Assembly: GCF_044704955.1 (NCBI RefSeq)
Contig: NC_091994.1
Coordinates: 24,800,001 to 24,864,000 of the forward strand
Direction of reading: 5' to 3'
Source: Pristiophorus japonicus
Lineage: Eukaryota
Length of the DNA: 64,000 bases
The position numbers and the translations under genes are program-made. Below the pieces are notes generated by a model. It was not told the origin of the DNA and ran no database searches. It was given only the letters and a program-made list of their open reading frames with translations. Below are positions 61,061-64,000 of the stretch, piece by piece (position 1 is the first letter of the stretch; the number at the start of each line of letters is the position of its first letter).

Positions 61061-62751
61061 CTGTTGAAAAGGAGCGTAGCTTTCAGATGAAGTAAACAGG
61101 AGCTCATCTTGCAATCAACAGTCAAGCATACTGCAGCCTCTGCAGCAACACTTAGGGCTTGCAAGTGTGATGCGTTAGCATTGGAATAAAGTACGCCTTC
61201 TATTTATGTATTGTGTCAGCAATAACAAGATTAATTAACCTAACATATCTTTGCTGTTGTACTGCATAGAACCCACTTCCCTGGAACAGCAATTCAGTCG
61301 AATATGAGGGATATATGCAATACAGGTTATTCCCCAAATTACTGCTCAGTAACCCTTGAATAGCGCAGGCATTAGGGTTAATGGTGGTATTTATTTCTAG
61401 ATAACTGTATTTACACCCTCACATTGTTAAGCTCAGTAACTCCTTTGTATTTACAGTGTAAGACATTGGAAGAATTGACAATCAGTGGCACTTTGTTCTC
61501 GCTTTAATACTGCATTACAAGACAACTTCCATGGTCTGTGTACCCCAGATAAGTGTATAATTTGTTTTGGTAAAATTCAGCTATACACTTAACAGGAGTG
61601 TGCTGCACATTTTTTAAATATATATATATAAATATATGGGCGAGCATTTCTACAGTGCCAGTTGCTAATGAAGGAATTTGTTTTATACAATGTCTGGGAA
61701 ATTCAGACTCGTCAGTACCTGAGGATGTGCTTTACAACACCAGTGGCAACTCCTGAAGACTTCTTTGCATTGCGAGACCGTGTAGACACTGTATGGGGAG
61801 GACAAATTTCAGGTGACAGAAGAAAAATAGGTGGAGCCAAAGTAAATGTCCTAACAGTTGATTATTGCTGTGTTATTGTATTTTATAGTACTGTGGGTAA
61901 ATGCTATTCCAAATAAAAGATACAATATATTACTCAAGCAATGATGAATTAGAAAGCATGCATTTATTGTGGGTTCCAACACACCAAAGGATTGTTTTGG
62001 TAGAAAGTGTAGCCAAGAGTTACAGGGAACCAATGACTATGAATGGGTGGAAAATCTCGTCTTGGTGTAGTGAAGGTTAAACAAACATACATTCGGGCCC
62101 AGTTACCATATGATTCAGGGTCTGTGCAGATTTTTTTCTTGATAAAATGTTCACACTTATCTTCCACTGCTCCCAGTGGGGCAGCTCAACTCTGATTCAG
62201 TACATTGAAGACTTTAAAAGCTATGTGAAGCATTTTGCCTCTCGGTCTTCACAACTGTTCTTTATATCTGTCCATAATCTAATAGAAGCCGAGTGAGGCA
62301 AGCAGCCTTAGCTTGGCTGCATATCAAACCAATTTAAAATTAAGCCAACACTGAATGTAGAGCCAACAGCAAAAGATTCCATTTTCTATACAAGAAATAC
62401 AAATCTAAACAATCCCTGGCAAAAGTTTGAGTTGCTGTTGGCTGCTTTTACTTCCTCCATTCTCCTGTTTACAGTGCATTTTTAATGGTGTCCTCACCCA
62501 GTTTCTCTTTACCCTTAAATCATTCCGGGTCAGGACAATTGGGAAGATTCTAAGTTTGGATTTAAAATTTTTGTTCCCTTGGTAACACTTTCCTACCAGG
62601 CGATGGCGATATTGCAGTTTGTAAATCGCTTTTCAACCACTGTGCAATATTCCATGAAGGAATATTTCTTACACAGGAGTGAATATTCACACTGCCATTT
62701 GCAGTTGCCACTCTGCTCACGAAAGTAAGTAAGTTCACTAAAACTGAAATT

Positions 62752-63045
62752 GTCTTCTTCCTTCGCATGTTAGTGGCAAAGCAAATCAAATGTCAGTATC
62801 CAAGTTGGATATCCAGGCCAAAGTTTCCGGTGTAACAGCATGGATATCTTGTAGGCTGCCTGTAAATTTCCTCTGAGGGCAGTGCTCAGTGATGTGCTCC
62901 AGGGTCTGATTAGAAGCTCCACAGTCACATGATGGAGATGCTTTAATCTTCCACCTATGGAGAAGTGGCAGCATCTACCATGACCGGTTCTGAGGCGGTT
63001 GATGGTTGTCCATTGTTTGCGAGGAAGGATGGATCCTACAGGTTG
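62752..63045 (-). mobile_element. Ingi/Vingi-like non-LTR retrotransposon 3' end
   Basis: LPRKQWTTINRLRTGHGRC / LLHRWKIKASPSCDCGASNQTLEHITEHCP...DIHAVTPETLAWISNLDTDI* (C-terminal CCHC), followed by a very short 3' UTR ending catgcgaaggaagaagac. Confidence 0.65.
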
Positions 63046-63904
63046 TAATGAAATAGTAAAAAGGTGGGTGGAGGGCAGTGACTAATAGCAGTCTGGCAAA
63101 AAAACACTCATCTGGCAGATGAACGTTATTGAGCAACAGCCATAATGCCCCACACTTTTACAATTTTCTTTCTAAATCCCTCTGCACTGTCAGATCTCAA
63201 GCATCCTCAAAATCTTCATCTACAACACCTTCAGTCACCCATACTATCTCCTACTCTATGCCCATTCTCTTCCCTCTGGTAAAGCACCTTGGAATGTTTT
63301 GCTTTATTAAAATCATTATAAAAATGGAAGATGTTCTTAACTACAGTACTGTATTTATAAAGGAAAAAGGAAGATCTTTAAAGGAACACTGTTTCTGTTA
63401 AAAAGTAAATAGCCAACTTATTTTTGCTGTGGTTGAAGAGCCAGGCATAATATTAGTCCCAATAATGTTAAGTGCAAGAGTTGTGATGACTGATCTCAAC
63501 ACTATGGAAGCGGAAGGCTTTTTGTTTGCTACTGTAACAAAACCGTGAATGCATACTTTATACACGTTCACAATTTCAATAGCAAATGGAAGAAACATTC
63601 CCCCACTGTCATTGCTTTCTGCTTTGTAAACAAATAGAAAAGATTGTTAAACGGTTTTACGTCAAGACAGCGCACTGCAAGACAGGGATACTATGGTTAC
63701 TAACAGCAAGGAAACAAGCAGCTAACAAATTAACTTCATGCCTGGTAATTTCTGCATTCCATGGACCACAAATGCTGAGGTTTGCAGGATTCCAAAGGTG
63801 TTCATTCAATTTGTGACTGCAAAAGATCAAAGATGCTTTCAGTGATGCTGGGCCTGTTTTTGTTAACCAGGCTCTCCGAATTACAAATAGCGGATGTAAA
63901 CATA

Positions 63905-64000
63905 TAGGCCGGAATTTTCCCCTGGAAAAAATGGGTGGGTTTGGAGCGTGGGGGCAGTTAAATTGTAAAAAATGAGAATCCTAATCTGATCCCGCGTCCA
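63905..64000. mobile_element. Left end of another Harbinger-like MITE (cut by window edge)
   Basis: taggccggaattttcccc... resembles other TIR starts (ggg/ggc-cc-...-ttttcc) in the window. Confidence 0.35.

Larger units (their letters stand above)
57303..61460. mobile_element. Fossil autonomous PIF/Harbinger transposon (Myb-like gene on +, transposase on -) with nested elements
   Basis: Inverted ggagttactgagc at 57319-57331 / 61431-61443 with patchy similarity extending inward; second inverted motif 57459-57480 / 61344-61366; both Harbinger gene remnants lie inside in convergent orientation. Confidence 0.75.
20482..64000 (-). other. ONECUT intron (>43.5 kb, continues past the window end)
   Basis: Vertebrate ONECUT genes have two coding exons split just after the CUT domain. 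No CUT-domain coding sequence (e.g. ...RRMWKWLQEPEFQRMSALRLA) appears on the minus strand in the ORF track. Confidence 0.75.

Overview
Eukaryotic, repeat-rich vertebrate DNA. The repeat landscape (CR1 with (AAGAACAT)n-type tails, tRNA/L2-tailed SINEs, abundant PIF/Harbinger elements, a Penelope-type hairpin) points to a cartilaginous fish (inference). The only host protein-coding sequence I can support is the terminal homeodomain exon of a ONECUT gene, best matching ONECUT3, on the minus strand (20189-20481). Higher coordinates are apparently one intron of >43.5 kb; the CUT-domain exon 1 is not in the window. Lower coordinates hold a nearly repeat-free ~8.4 kb block that looks like a very long 3'UTR with a dense set of miR-9, let-7, miR-124, miR-218 and miR-183/96/182 seed matches. 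Transposon relics include a two-gene Harbinger fossil (Myb/SANT gene plus DDE transposase, degenerate TIRs, nested insertions), a second Harbinger Myb relic, a young Harbinger MITE with TAA TSD, a Gypsy pol fossil, a Vingi-like 3' end and a Tigger-like MITE. There is also a perfect 49-bp inverted repeat of unexplained origin. I found no CRISPR array, prokaryotic system or clearly novel biological system; most ORF-track entries are spurious or repeat-derived. All family assignments come from motif recognition by eye, not database searches.
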